Below, in pieces: positions 11,168-24,400 of a stretch of 64,000 nt of DNA; positions within the stretch are counted from its first letter, which is position 1, and every line of letters starts with the position of its first letter. The position numbers and the translations under genes were made by a program. This DNA is from Phoronis australis. Lineage: Eukaryota; Animalia; Phoronida. Location: the NCBI GenBank assembly GCA_002633005.1, contig NMRA01000074.1, forward strand, positions 423,275 through 487,274, written 5' to 3'. Below the pieces are notes generated by a model. That model ran no database searches. It saw only the letters and a program-made list of their open reading frames with translations, and had not been told where the DNA came from.

Positions 11168-13155
11168 ATTTTAAAATACGCAATAGACAGAAACAAGAGA
11201 TTCAGTAGAAACTGTTGAATATCCAGGTAATATCTGAAGTTGGAACGTCCAGCCGTTTGTTTCAGTCTCTCATTTTCAGTAGTTTATCAATTCATAATTG
11301 GTTATTTAGAACTCTCTTTTTAAGTTCAATACCATTGTACACGGCCTTGAAAATAGTACATTTTTATGCTAAAAGTCAATTGGGAAGTATTTCAAAATAG
11401 AAAATTACATTGAAATACATGTACCTGCAAAACAAATTCTAGTTCTATCGCTCCAGACGATACGAATAATGCACGAAATTTTGGCAGTGTTTAAAACTTT
11501 AAATTCATGATGTCATATATTTTGGTTGCTCATTGATGTCTTGCTTATGTACCTTCAATTTTAAAGAAAGTAAAGGTTTGGGCTGCAAAATCAACATGAA
11601 CTTGATATGACAAATGTCGAGTCGCTCTTGCTAGTTCAAAAAATGTTACAAAGTGCATCTAGTCTTCACTTCATAAACTGTCTTCAAGCAACTGGCATGA
11701 CTCAAAAGCGAACTCATATATACAAATATATATATAGCAGCTCAAGCACTTAAAACTTGTATGATGTACCATTTTCTTATTTCTGTGTTAATGCTATTCT
11801 AGACATAACGAAATTTAATGACAACAGTCTGTGGTAGGTCGGTAGCAGCACTTAGAACTTGTACGTTGAACCATTTTCCAGGTGATGTATCGTTCTACAA
11901 ATAAATAGGCTTATGTGATAAAAATATTTTTTGTGTTGCAAAATTTAACAGCAAGAAAGTTTTTTTGCATGACTAAATTTAAAATAATGATAAAAAGACA
12001 TCAGTGAAAAAAGATGAAACTCGAAAACAAATAAGAGGAAATTGAAACCAAAAAAGAGGAAATCCTCTTAAGAAGAGGAACATTCCAAGCCCTGGCCAAT
12101 ACAAATTAAATTCGGCTTCCTAAGGCGCACCCCAAATACCGGTGGGGGTTGCGTACGCACCCGTCGCACGTCCCCCCCAGGTACGGGCATGCTCTACCAA
12201 GAACTACCCACTCCGCCACCGAAGACCGAGGCATCATCGACGGCAAGTCGAGCGTAGGATCTCATTGCAAACACTAAGAATTAGCAGCAGCAAGTAAATC
12301 CTTGATGGGTTAATACAGCCGGAGAAACGGGTAATGTTCTAAAACTCCAAACTCTGTAACGTCGTTTTTGTCTGTTAAATGAAATAAAAGGAGGCGAGAT
12401 GGCGAAGGAAGAACTGATAAAACGTGCACTGTTAAAGTGGGCTGTGATGGAGCACGTGTGGAGAGGGTCGTATTCACACATGCTGTATATGAGATAGTAA
12501 GCCACGCCGCAAGGTCCTTTCACAGCGCTACGTCTCGTTCAAGTGTAGAAGAGTGTAGGGGCGACTAGGTGAAAGACGAGTCCGAGTAGCCTACTAGCCA
12601 GGAACGCAGTTGTGGAAACAGGGGTTATGAGGAATTTAATGTATTTCCCACAGTTCATGCTTTTACAAAGTTTAAACCATGATAAGGCAGTAAATTAACA
12701 ACCTAACACAATTACAGGGTATGAATGAGCAATGTATATAACAACTAACACATAACAAAAGTGTAACTATAAGTACCGTATTATTTCCTTCAATGAAAAC
12801 CGAGGCGATGAAAAAAATTTCAACCGGTGGTAAGTTGAGAGCAGGTTTCTGGTCTATTGAGCATAGGCCTACTGTCAATCACGGATAGCAAATAGACCGC
12901 CCGTTAAAAATTTCCGTAAAACTGAATCATAGCAATTTTCAACGACGGAAAAGTACATTCTGACTAACATCACGCTTTTGAACCAGAGAATGAAAGCTGG
13001 AACATCATAACTATCTTACGAATCCAGAATTTCTCTGCCGCAGCAAACAACAGATTTGAATGCATACCGTACAAGTATTTAATCTATTCTCATGCCAGGC
13101 GGACGTGGGGACTAGAGAGAGTACCGCGCACGCGCATATTCAGTGCTTGTGATTT

Positions 13156-13300
13156 CAGCCTCCCGTTCAGTAACGCTAGGACCTCGCTAAAAAGCAAGAC
13201 TTCGCGAGATTACGTGAGATATTGTCGTGTATTTCAAATGAGAACACGTGACCTTGACTAGATTTTAGCTAGGTGTTAGCGTCTACTGAACGCCCGCCAG
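13156..13300. mobile_element. ~150-bp MITE, copy 2 (inverted relative to 10921-11080)
   Basis: Reverse complement of copy 1 with a few substitutions. Confidence 0.75.
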
Positions 13301-13590
13301 GTATAGGCGCACCCCACTTACTTTTTTGAATAAATGGCTTGAAACTGGCGGAATGTAGTGAAATATCTTGCAAATGATATAGGGTTGCATAATACCTCTA
13401 GACGCACTGCACATACACGCATCTAGTTTGGAACTTGATGTAAACACTCAGTTCGTGTTTCAGTTAAAAACTATTGGCATTTTCCGAGGTTTTATTGGAG
13501 AGGTTCATTCATTCACTTCTTTAACTCCGTTCCAAACGTTCATGCACTATTTAGGCCTGGCTCAATTAATAATGTACTATCCTGTCTCCA

Positions 13591-14529
13591 CAGCAAGACA
13601 TGCGACTGTATACAGGAGACACACTTGCGCCTATAAGCGACATTTAAAGTGCATGCACTTAGACGCGGAACATTTGAGTAAACAATTTCTTTGGAAAAAA
13701 ATAAAAACCGCATGCACATTTTTTTTCTTCTGAAAATGTCCCGATAGATATGAACATTTTATGGGCACTAAAGCCTGTTTTGGTGATTACACTCAAAGAT
13801 GGTGCAGCCTCTTACATTTGAGCCAGTACAGTAAGATGAAAGGATATTCAGCTACAAAAAAAATAATGCTTTCGAGATTAGACACAAAACGGATCTTGAA
13901 TGAAGTTAAAGTGTACGCAACATGACTCTAGTACCTCAAAATAAATTTTATTATTATATCTTACTTGATTTCAGTGCCTTTAGTGCACAGCTCATAAAGA
14001 AACACGTAAAAATTGAAAAAAATAATAATTATGTACAACGTCATGGGTTGAACCCAAGTCGTTCGGCACACTGTTCGGATCAGCAACTAAGTGTATAGAG
14101 TGAAGTGAAAGTAAAGTATATTTAGCGTCGAGAAGGTTGGTAGAGGGATGAAAAGATGTGTTTGCGGAGGCTGCAGCAACAGCAGTCAGACGGAGAACGT
14201 CTCGGTNCAGCAAGACATGCGACTGTATACAGGAGACACACTTGCGCCTATAAGCGACATTTAAAGTGCATGCACTTAGACACGGAACATTTGAGTAAAC
14301 AATTTCTTTGGAAAAAAATAAAAACCGCATGCACATTTTTTTTTCTTCTGAAAATGTCCCGATAGATATGAACATTTTATGGGCACTAAAGCCTGTTTTG
14401 GTGATTACACTCAAAGATGGTGCAGCCTCTTACATTTGAGCCAGTACAGTAAGATGAAAGGATATTCAGCTACAAAAAAAATAATGCTTTCGAGATTAGA
14501 CACAAAACGGATCTTGAATGAAGTTAAAG
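13591..14529. repeat. ~321-bp direct duplication spanning the N at 14207 (13591-13911 vs 14208-14529); probable haplotype/assembly overlap
   Basis: Copy 2 starts immediately after the N. The copies differ by one substitution and one T in a homopolymer. Confidence 0.85.
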
Positions 14530-14605
14530 GTGAGCGGTCTTGTATCACAGCTATGTATATCAACTCGCCCACAACTAAGTCGTGCTTGTTGACTTAAACA
14601 GACTT

Positions 14606-14698
14606 TACAAGAAAATTCGTGAGTCTCTATACATCAGTTGGTGCAAGCCCAGTCTCAATAGGCAACTGACACACCACAGGTTGACATTGTTGGTATAG
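14606..14698 (+). mobile_element. Penelope-like retroelement 3' fragment (GIY-YIG endonuclease C-terminus)
   Basis: YKKIRESLYISWCKPSLNRQLTHHRLTLLV* matches the K-I-x-E-S-L-x-I...K-P-x-L-N-x-Q end of Penelope-type GIY-YIG domains. Confidence 0.65.
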
Positions 14699-14995
14699 TT
14701 TATTGTCACCCCCTGTAACGGACTGTGTTTGTGTTTCTACACTTGTTAATATATGCTGCTACTTGCTATCAGGAAGATGTTATCTCTTTTCAAGTAATAA
14801 ATCGTTACAGTTAAAACTGTTTCTTTTACTAGAGAAAACTTGTAACCTAACGCGCAAATGCATAAAATATAGGATGTGATCCGCCACGAGAACAGTCTGG
14901 GTGAGGTATTTAAACAATCTGCCGAAAAATGAAAGAAACTTAAGAATTCGAAGAGTATGGGATGAATACATATCCTACTTAGATTGGCGTAGATA

Positions 14996-15074
14996 AAGTA
15001 ATATCCCAAGAGACATTATTTCCGCGTATCGACCTCGGCCGATACGCAGAATAATGTCGAGCGGGATATTACTT
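14996..15074. repeat. Imperfect palindrome (likely core of a small non-autonomous element)
   Basis: AAGTAATATCCC..GACATTATT..GCGTATCG / CGATACGC..AATAATGTC..GGGATATTACTT. Confidence 0.7.
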
Positions 15075-17150
15075 CACCTTTGCCATTCTCAGTACGTTTT
15101 CTGGCTGGTTCCCTACGTGTAGAGATCACGCACGTGCTGGTTACCAGGGAACCAGCGAGGGTATGTTTCGTGCACTTATTTCATGGCTAGACAACTTGCG
15201 ACTGTTGGAAAGTTAAATTAATTTCTGTCACTCCAGTTGTCACTATGTGAAACGGGATGTACCAAAGGGCAATATTCTTATCACCTAAACAGTGCTCAAT
15301 ATACCTTTAATAAGCTAAAACAGGGTTTGGTATACCTTTAATTTTACCCTTTCACAAAATTACAAATGAAGACAAAACTTAACACTAGTAAGAAAGACTA
15401 GAAAGAAGACATTTCAATCAAAATTGAGCCGTCCAAGTACAACGTCCACTTCAAAACAAGATCATAGTTTTCTAAATCCAAATGGATGCCCTACTGCACT
15501 ATAATAAAATCCAATAACATCAATAATTACTAATACCTCTGTGAATACAGCTGGCCACATATCAAAATGCTATCAAAGGTTAGCATCAACAGAGGGGAAA
15601 ATGACTGTAAAAATATATTTTTTGAAAAAAGCTCACAATTTTGAAGACTATATCCTTATCACTACACCCAATGAGAAAATGGATACAGTTTCACCAGTAA
15701 CTTTTTAAATACTATTAATAAACCCATAAAATTATATATTCTTAAACCCCTTGATCAGAGAATATTTTATGTGCACACAATCGTGTGCCTGCATTTTTCA
15801 TGTTGATTTTTCACCGTGATCACCATTATTTCTGCAAACATGATTTTTGTGTGAAACTTATGTTTTTCTGATATTAGCTGCAATAGTCCCTCTGTAACGT
15901 TCTAATACGCCTTTCAGATCAATCACTTCTTTTGTCATAAGTAAACTTAAACTATCCTTGAAAAAGTGGCATTCTTGATTTTTGACAACCAAACTCTGGG
16001 ATGAAAGGCCTTTTAAAAAGTTAAAATAAAACCTAAATCACTGTTTTGTAGCCAATAGAATACAGACACCGAAGTTTCAGGTGAAATAAATGTTTGTGAA
16101 AAATTTGGTGAACTCCATGAAGTCATGTATTTTGAAAAACCACAATTATAGGATTACGATCAGCCCAGCAATGTTTTTATGCCCATAAGATTCTGTACTC
16201 ATCACGGATTTAAGAAATATAATTTTCTGGGAAAGTTTTTTTCAAAAATTCTATCCTTAGTAATGAAGGTATCCCACTACCATAACTATTATTTTTCTGC
16301 CCCTGCAGGGGTTAACCAGTGTAAATGGGACTACAAAACTTGAAATAGGCCACATAGCTGACCCCGTCAGTGACATTGAAAAAAAGATATAATCCGAACC
16401 AGTCCACGGAGCCAAATATACAGACTTCACACCATCGTTTTGTACACAACGGGGATTTCAGAAACGCTCGTTTTTCCCAAGTGAAGTTGTGTCCAAAAAG
16501 TGACCTAAGGATGTTCCTTTGGAAAATGTCGGGGCATTTTTAAACTTATCAAACTACAACATCCTCATTGATTACAAGTATGTTGCAGGATAGTCATTTT
16601 ACATTGAAGATGCTCCCAGACCACAAAGGACATCAGGAGATGGCACACTATTTGACAAATTATGTACCTAAAATTCATTAATTAAACGTCCCTTCATTTT
16701 CCACAAATCTAAAAAGCCGCCATGAATTTTTTTTCAAACCTTGTTTCCGAAAGAGCTCTTATGAAGGCTTTTTCATGGTGGGGCTCTTTTTTTCGGAAAT
16801 CCCAGTGAATAATTTAAAACATAGCTTATGCAGATTTTAACAATAAAAACATGCCCACTAAATCTATGTCATTCCTGGTTTTAGACAAATTAGAATGTTT
16901 GCAAAAAATAATTTCATTTCTGTCATTGTTTAATCAAAGAAATTAAATTATAAAACCAGTCAGTAGACCAGTAACGCTTTCTTACCCTGACAAGGTAATT
17001 ACTTAAAGCAGGCTGCACAATACAACACAACTTATCGTTAGACAATGACAATTCCCGGCTGACAACTGAGCATGCACACACTACACAACACAACTGGATT
17101 GATATTACGACAGTTAACAAAAGTTTCAATACTTAAAGTCAAATACTGTG

Positions 17151-17423
17151 CATGCACGCACCCAAGGGAAAGAGGGGCTCGGGGGGCTCACATGAGCACT
17201 CCTATTTGGCGAAGTGGGTAAAAAGGTCCGCCTCAGAGAAACAAAAAGTCCGAAAAAACGAGACAAAAGTCCACTAAAAAGGTGCTAACGCACAGTTCAC
17301 AGACCTGAAGGTGGTACCCCGTTTTTTTTTTCTTTTAGCCCTCCCACTTGTTTGTTAACAAAAGGTCCATATTGTCAAAGATTCGAGCCCCCCCCCCCAT
17401 ATCAAAGGCAGGGTGTGCGCATG
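17151..17423. mobile_element. MITE with CATGCACGCACCC / GGGTGTGCGCATG termini and 5-bp flanking repeat CTGTG
   Basis: Imperfect TIRs and G/C-rich subterminal tracts. CTGTG occurs at 17146-17150 and 17424-17428. Confidence 0.65.
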
Positions 17424-18418
17424 CTGTGGTTTGCCATGGTAACATTAAAAAGTTAGTTGATTGCAGTAAAATATCACCAATTTAGGACAAAAATAATTGT
17501 CTTATTTCATTTTTCAAATTCTTTTAGCATTGTGGTTAAGGTCCACTATTTCTTAGAAATGTTACTGAATGTCCACAATTTCTCAGAAATGTTGTCCAAA
17601 GGTAGCTATGGCACAAACTTTTGAAAAGCTTTTCATTTATTTGATGCTACTTATCTTTATTAATTGTACAGGAATGAACCACATCCTCGCAGTTTAATAC
17701 ACAGGGACATCTTGCACATGATTTTCAGTCACAATCAGGTATAAAGCAAGAACCAGTTGTCAGATGTTTAACAAAGCTTTGTTAAGGTCTAACAACACTA
17801 CACTACCACGCAAAAGTAAACAAACAAAATACTGTCTTCCCATCATGATGGCCAATTCTGTCAACAGCAAAAATCATTACTAATAACTATTAGAGCGGCA
17901 AAATTCTAATTACTGAATAGCGGACAATGAACACGGCTTCTGCTCTGCAGTCATGACAGAGAATTTCAATCACTTTGTCGGAATACTTCTGGCTTGTACT
18001 GTATGCGCCTAGGCAGGCATAGATCCAGGTGAGTGTGATGGCTAGTTGCTGCACCCTTTCTTTGGTACCTTACAATAATTTAGTTCTCCAGAAAACACCA
18101 GCCATCCACCCACTTGCAAATGTCCTAAATCTGCCCCAGCAGCTATTTTCAGAGCGATTCAACAATACTTACCTCTCGTCTTACCAACAAAATTACAGTG
18201 GAATCACAACAAAAATTGTATATTGTTACCATAGTGATGCTGAATCCCTACAAAGTAGAGTTCAATACTGCGCATTTTGTGAGTAACAGAGACAACTAAA
18301 TATGTATCGTCAAGCAAGAGATCCAAAAATCAGAGCATTGATTCAACCCCCATTCTCAGTGGACTGACCCAGATCGATGTATTACCCACAATGCCCACAG
18401 TAAGTTGCCGATACCCAA

Positions 18419-21400
18419 TTACTTCTTCCCTCCTCCAAAAATCATGAGGATGAAGAGGAATATGTAAACGACGTCAAGGTAGATTTGGACGGCGGCAAAA
18501 ATGTACTCTTCGGGGCTTAGTTCGTACTTTCGGCCACCCATCAACATCTGGATGTCGTAGCACAGGAACTGAAAGAGATGCATGATTTGTGATGTGACAT
18601 GGCTGTAACTGAATGGTTGATTTCTCAATATTTCCATGGTAACCAGATCCATTCGAAAAGTCTGATGTCACTTGTGCGCTCCTCATTGGGAACACACTGG
18701 TCAAATTTAAAGACGAACCCTCAAAAACGTCCATATTAAGGCAGACACAATGGCAATTTTGCCAATAGGAGGAGCTACAGCAGTTGGATCTGTCCAGCAG
18801 TGGACACCAGCTGTGCTTTCTTCAATAAGACCATGTGCCAAACTTTATGAAGATCCGACAAATAACTATGTAGACATCCAGGCAGGCACACAAAATTCCA
18901 CAATGGGAACCATAGTAGTTGGATTTATTCCAAAATCAACTTCAATTGATGTGCTCTTCCATTTAGGAGAACACAGGTTGAATTTTATAAAGAATTGTTA
19001 TCAAAACGGCAAACCCTGTTCAACATATTAAGAAGATTGGTGTTTTCTTGGTTAAAATGTGAAAGGTAGACTTTTTTCACCAGCAGGTGCTAATGAATAA
19101 CAAAGCCTCTTCCATTGCCTGAACAGATTGGGAACAGAAAACAGCTCATCTGAATGGATGCACAACCTCCGGGCAAACTGGCTCGTGTGATTAGAAAATG
19201 CACGCACTTCTACGGGAGGACTTCTGTCTCCCATGATTCACCAAGTGATTTTAAATTCGGTCGTTGGACACTGTTACTGCCGTCACAACAGAAATAGCCT
19301 TGCTCTTGCTTTAGTGGTAAAGGCACCACAGAATCACTGCTGTTTCCTTAGAGACAGTGAACAGTCAATAGCCCTGGAAGTAAACTTAGGTCCACCAAAC
19401 ATTGCCCGAGCCTGTTAATATGACGGCATTCACCCACGGTCATTTTCCTAATGGCCAATCCATGGCTAATTTTATTTGGTTTAGAAATGGAATGCTTACC
19501 AAAGACATCACAAGAGCCCCCAAGCCACCATAGACACACTGTAAAATCTGAAATAAAAATGTAACCATTTTATAACTGACTCTCCATAACAGAAAATCTT
19601 TAAATAATTGTATTTATATGCCAGTTAACATCGTGTGAAGTTTATATAACAAATAATTTAGCATATCTAACATATATATTGTTTCATCACCTTTCGGCTT
19701 TTTAGCATTTTCTGGGCACAACTTCAGTTACTGTAACTGATATTTTCCCAAATAAACATGTAAAGAAAAACCTTATAAACACCAATGCACGATTACTGAA
19801 TCATTTCAATACAGGCACAGGGAACTCTTAGCATAAAATTATAAATATAAAACGTATTTCAGAAACACCAGCGAGTGGTTGCTGTCATAGATATAGAGAT
19901 AAAGAATAGTTATTGAAACATCATTTGAATGTCATCATAAATTTGTGAATCACAAAAATGTGCCGCTTTTTAGATGGTTGGACATGAGGCCAAGGAGATT
20001 CTTTTGGCACCACCGACAATGAATCAGGTTTGACAAGACACTAAACAGCAACAGATCAACATCATTGAGGTCTATTATCTGGTACATAATCAGGGTTTAG
20101 GATGAAATATAAAATAGGGCACTCTTTTGGATCACCCTGTAACAACAATAGCAGCATTGCAGTCAACGCTAGGTTTTGATTCACAATCAAAAGGTAATAA
20201 GATTCGAGCACGAAGTCAAAGGCAAAATGTTTTGAGTTCATATATTTGAGATGAAAAGAAAATAATTATCAAAAATCAGTTCGAGTTAGAGCTCATAAAG
20301 GTTGGATATCCATCCCCAAGGATCATGTAGACTTAAGACCAGGTTGAGCGTCTTCAATAAAGTCTTCATATCATGGAACTCTGGTCGCCACTCACCAAAG
20401 CTGTTTTGTAGGAAACGAACCAAGAGATGCAGCAGGCCCAGCCGAAGAAGAAGAGGACCATAACGAGGGCACAGAGTAGACCAGAACACATGGTGAAGTC
20501 AATCTGTAACAGACATTTGCATTACTGTGGACTACAACATAAGGTCAAGAAATGGCATGTTGTTCCTGGTCTACTGTGCAATCAGACCTCCAGGAATGTA
20601 ACTTTCGCATGACACCATGAGGCCAAAGAAGCATACTGGGAGTTTCTGAATATAACACGTGGGCGGGTATTCTGAAATGACATTTCAAAAACGTCAAACG
20701 AAAATGAATATCTGCCCAAGCGTATTCTCGGATGCATATTTTTGTAAATTGTACGTGTCAAAAACTTGATGGTGTAGTTTAAAATCTTATTCATTAATTA
20801 TCCACTCAAGACTTTGTTATTGCTGTCATGTTACCACTAGCATCTTCATGGCCGCTGCCATTATCAAGACTCTCACCTTGGTCTGCATGGCAAAGATGGT
20901 TAAAGTCAAGCAGACGGCAGCTGTGATTCCCGCAGCAATCATGACGGCCTCAATCGAGTAGAAACTAAAATAAGAAATGGAATTTGTTACTTTCTTTCAA
21001 CATTCATGTGAAGTTTGCAGGGGCTTTTCACCAGTGAATTCTTAACCGAAATGCTTTGAGGTTACTTGTAGTTGCTCGGTTAAACTGTAACATACAAAAA
21101 AAGCTTAACTTCACAACTCATGCTCGTTTTCATCCATGCAGGCCTAACAATTTTCGACACCACAATATTGTTGCTCGTTGAGCTGGCAACTCATGTCACA
21201 AGTGACGCATTCATGTGCCATTTTCACACTCACAATTATAGGGTTAGCTAATTTCAATAAACTCTGAAGCATTTTCTTAATGAAAGTAGCTGACGGTTTT
21301 GATGTTCCTCTTCGTAACGTACATAAAATCCTGTTAAGGCCTGTTATGTAATCAATTTTCAAGAGTAGACTAAAAGGTCGAATTTAATTTTCGTTCGTTA

Positions 21401-24400
21401 GCCAACTAAACGGTGAAAAACTGGTTTATAACTTCATTTATAGCACTTACTATTGAAAAATTAATTTCTCAACTTGTTGCAACATGATTTCTGACTTTGT
21501 GAAGAACTGGCAACTTGTTACAATTTGAAGATGTGCTTGGCACAAAAAATGAGCACGTCGCGTTTTCAAACTCATCGCAGGTGAGCCAAACTTGTCACGG
21601 CAAACTCCAAATTCAATATTGCGACGGGTACAACAAGTTAGAGAATGCTAAGTAAACACTCAGAACAGTCGCGACTTCAACTGACCTGGATATTGTTCCA
21701 CACATGTAGGCAAATGCCAGCGTCTGCAAATAGAAATATAAACATTTATTTAAAAACTGAGAGGCTTTTGGGTACCTTCTAGAAAGAACATAATATGCTT
21801 AAGTTTTGAAATTAGACCAAAATAATCTAGATCGAGGAAGGCCATTCAGAAGGTGCCAAATTCACTCACACGCAAGAGGCATGACTTCCACTCTGGCCGT
21901 CACTGTATGCCAAAATTTTATACCACTGTCCACAAGAGGAGGGGCAGTGAAGGCAGAAAGACTTTTTGTCACTCAAGTATGGTGCTCGCCAAAAAAATCT
22001 GTTACCCTGTCATGACGGGGGAATTTCAGATTGTTTTGTCCTATTACATTTGGCAAGTACAGAGGCCGACATTTAATTATTTCGCTCAATAGCATGTGAA
22101 AGCACCTAGTTTGAAACAAAAGCCATTCCCAAGTTGTCCACTGCAATAGAAGAAATGACAACATCAAAATTCTGACGGCCCATATTACAAAATGAGAACA
22201 ACAATAATCATTTCCATGAAAAATCAAGAGGTTTTTGAACGAACCTCACAATCGAAAAGTCAAGACAACTTATAATAATAATCATTATCAGTAAATGTAT
22301 GACTGGTAATTAACAATTAACATGATCAATATTGTTACAAGGAGTGTTAAACAAGCCCTTACCACAGACTGCAAAACACTGATCACTGGTAGACCTCACC
22401 CTTCTTGTCACAGCATCTACCACGCACTGAAAGATCTTTTACCACGCACTGAAAGATCTTTTACCACGCACTGAAAGATCTTTTACCACGTACTGAAAGA
22501 TCTTTTACCACGCAAATTGGAAGCAGAACTCCATCCACATATTCAGACACTCTTACTACAATTCGCAGACTCCTTTGTGCTTGGCAAGAATTCTTCCAGT
22601 GTGTGGATTTGTAGAGTGCTAAGGGAGTTTTGCTGCGTGGTAAATGTCCTGCAGCTTGTGACAAGGATGTTCTTGCCACTCTGCTCATGGATTAATGTCT
22701 CACAACGATTAAACTCAATTTTTTAGAAGAATCTAAGCAAACCTAATTCAAACACTATTTTGTGGATACTTACAAATATTGCAAGCGCGATGAAATTCCC
22801 TGGAAAACTTCTCCTGTAACTCAAAGCAACAACAAATCACAAACAATGTAAATAATTCTGAAAGTCACGCACAGGAAAAAGCATTCTACCAAAACAAACT
22901 TGTCATCTCTATATTGTGTTTCTACGGGTTGGGTCAAACTTCATATAACGGCACTTCTGAAAACATTCCAATCACTTCATTGCAAAATCAGCAGGGAAAA
23001 TTTATTGGAAATTAAAAGCTTATCACAAAGATTGAGAGGCGTCTGTCTGAATAAAGCAGATGTCTACTAGATATGAGAGCAGACGCCACCTTTGTCCAGA
23101 ATGCAATTCATGATTTTTCATGCCACATGCTGGCAAAACTTAACATCATTATGGAATATGTCAGCTACAGGACCTTGAAATAATATGAATCAATTTTGTC
23201 AATAATTTCTCATGGAAGGTTAACAAGAAATGAGTATCACAGTTCCACAAGTCATCGTGTCTGGTTTGACATCACCAACTCATCACTAGGTGGCACTACA
23301 GTAAAAAGTACAACCTAGGCCATTAAGAATTATTGATACAATTTGATACAGATATTTTCATATTGATATTAAAATTTAAACAACATCATTTTCTATTGAT
23401 AGTTTCAGAAATGTGGCCTCCAACAATTCTGTGAAACTGTTAACACGTTAGGATAATTTTCCATTCATTTCGTACAAAAATAATTGCCAAAAATGTTAAT
23501 TTTTTAGAACGCCCTCAAAACTATTGGGTCTATTTACATCAATCTCTATCCTATTCACATGGGCAGGATGTTTCAGTCGGTCATTTTTTATCCACCTTCA
23601 TCTAGAGGCCCCTAGTTTAATCCCAGCTTCCGTCGAGAAAAAAAGAAAAGAGCTCATCATCAACCACCAACTGCATACCTGTACCCATACTCATTGTTTT
23701 AAGAACGCTATAACACCTGAAGACAGCCGGAGAAATGACCGACTGCAACGTCGTGCCATGAATGTAAATATGTTAGAAATAGGTGTAAAATAAACAATAC
23801 ATTTCAGAAGTGATCCAAGTTACAACACCACCTCACGCAGTTTTAGGCAGAAACTCACAGTTGACAATGAAGACTTGTAAACACAGCCTTTAGAGTAGAT
23901 GAAGTGCTGAGGGACACACAAATATTCTCAACATGAACAGCACGTCACTTCCAAACTAGCTAACATCAACTGTTGAACACATGCCGTAACTTCTTTACCA
24001 TACCGCAAGTACCAAAATGTCCCTATTTCATGGGTTTCTCTCTTATTTACTACAGATATAAACTGGTGCAAACAGAGGCCCAGAATTTCCGCGACAACAG
24101 AAAAGGGGCAGAATTCACTTCCTTTGCGGATTAAGGGGTTGCGAAAGGAATTCACATATTTCACAAGTGGGCAACATAACTCAAAATTTTTTGATTTTTA
24201 ATAATCAAAAATAGAGAAATGCAATCCGTCAAATTCCTCGTTTCTGGCAACAATGTACAAGAAGCTGTTCATTCTTTGAGAAAGTAGCGCAGTGGAAGCA
24301 AGTTATTGGTTGACGAAGCAGTGGCAAAGTGGAAAAGAGAAGGTAAATCCAGATCATTTTTATGTAATCACTTTCAAATTGTAAAACAGAAGTTTAACTT

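Noticed and set aside
22418-22514. CRISPR-like short repeats (also 26241-26492)
   Set aside because: The units are head-to-tail with no unique spacers, lie in eukaryotic introns and have no cas genes nearby. They are minisatellites.
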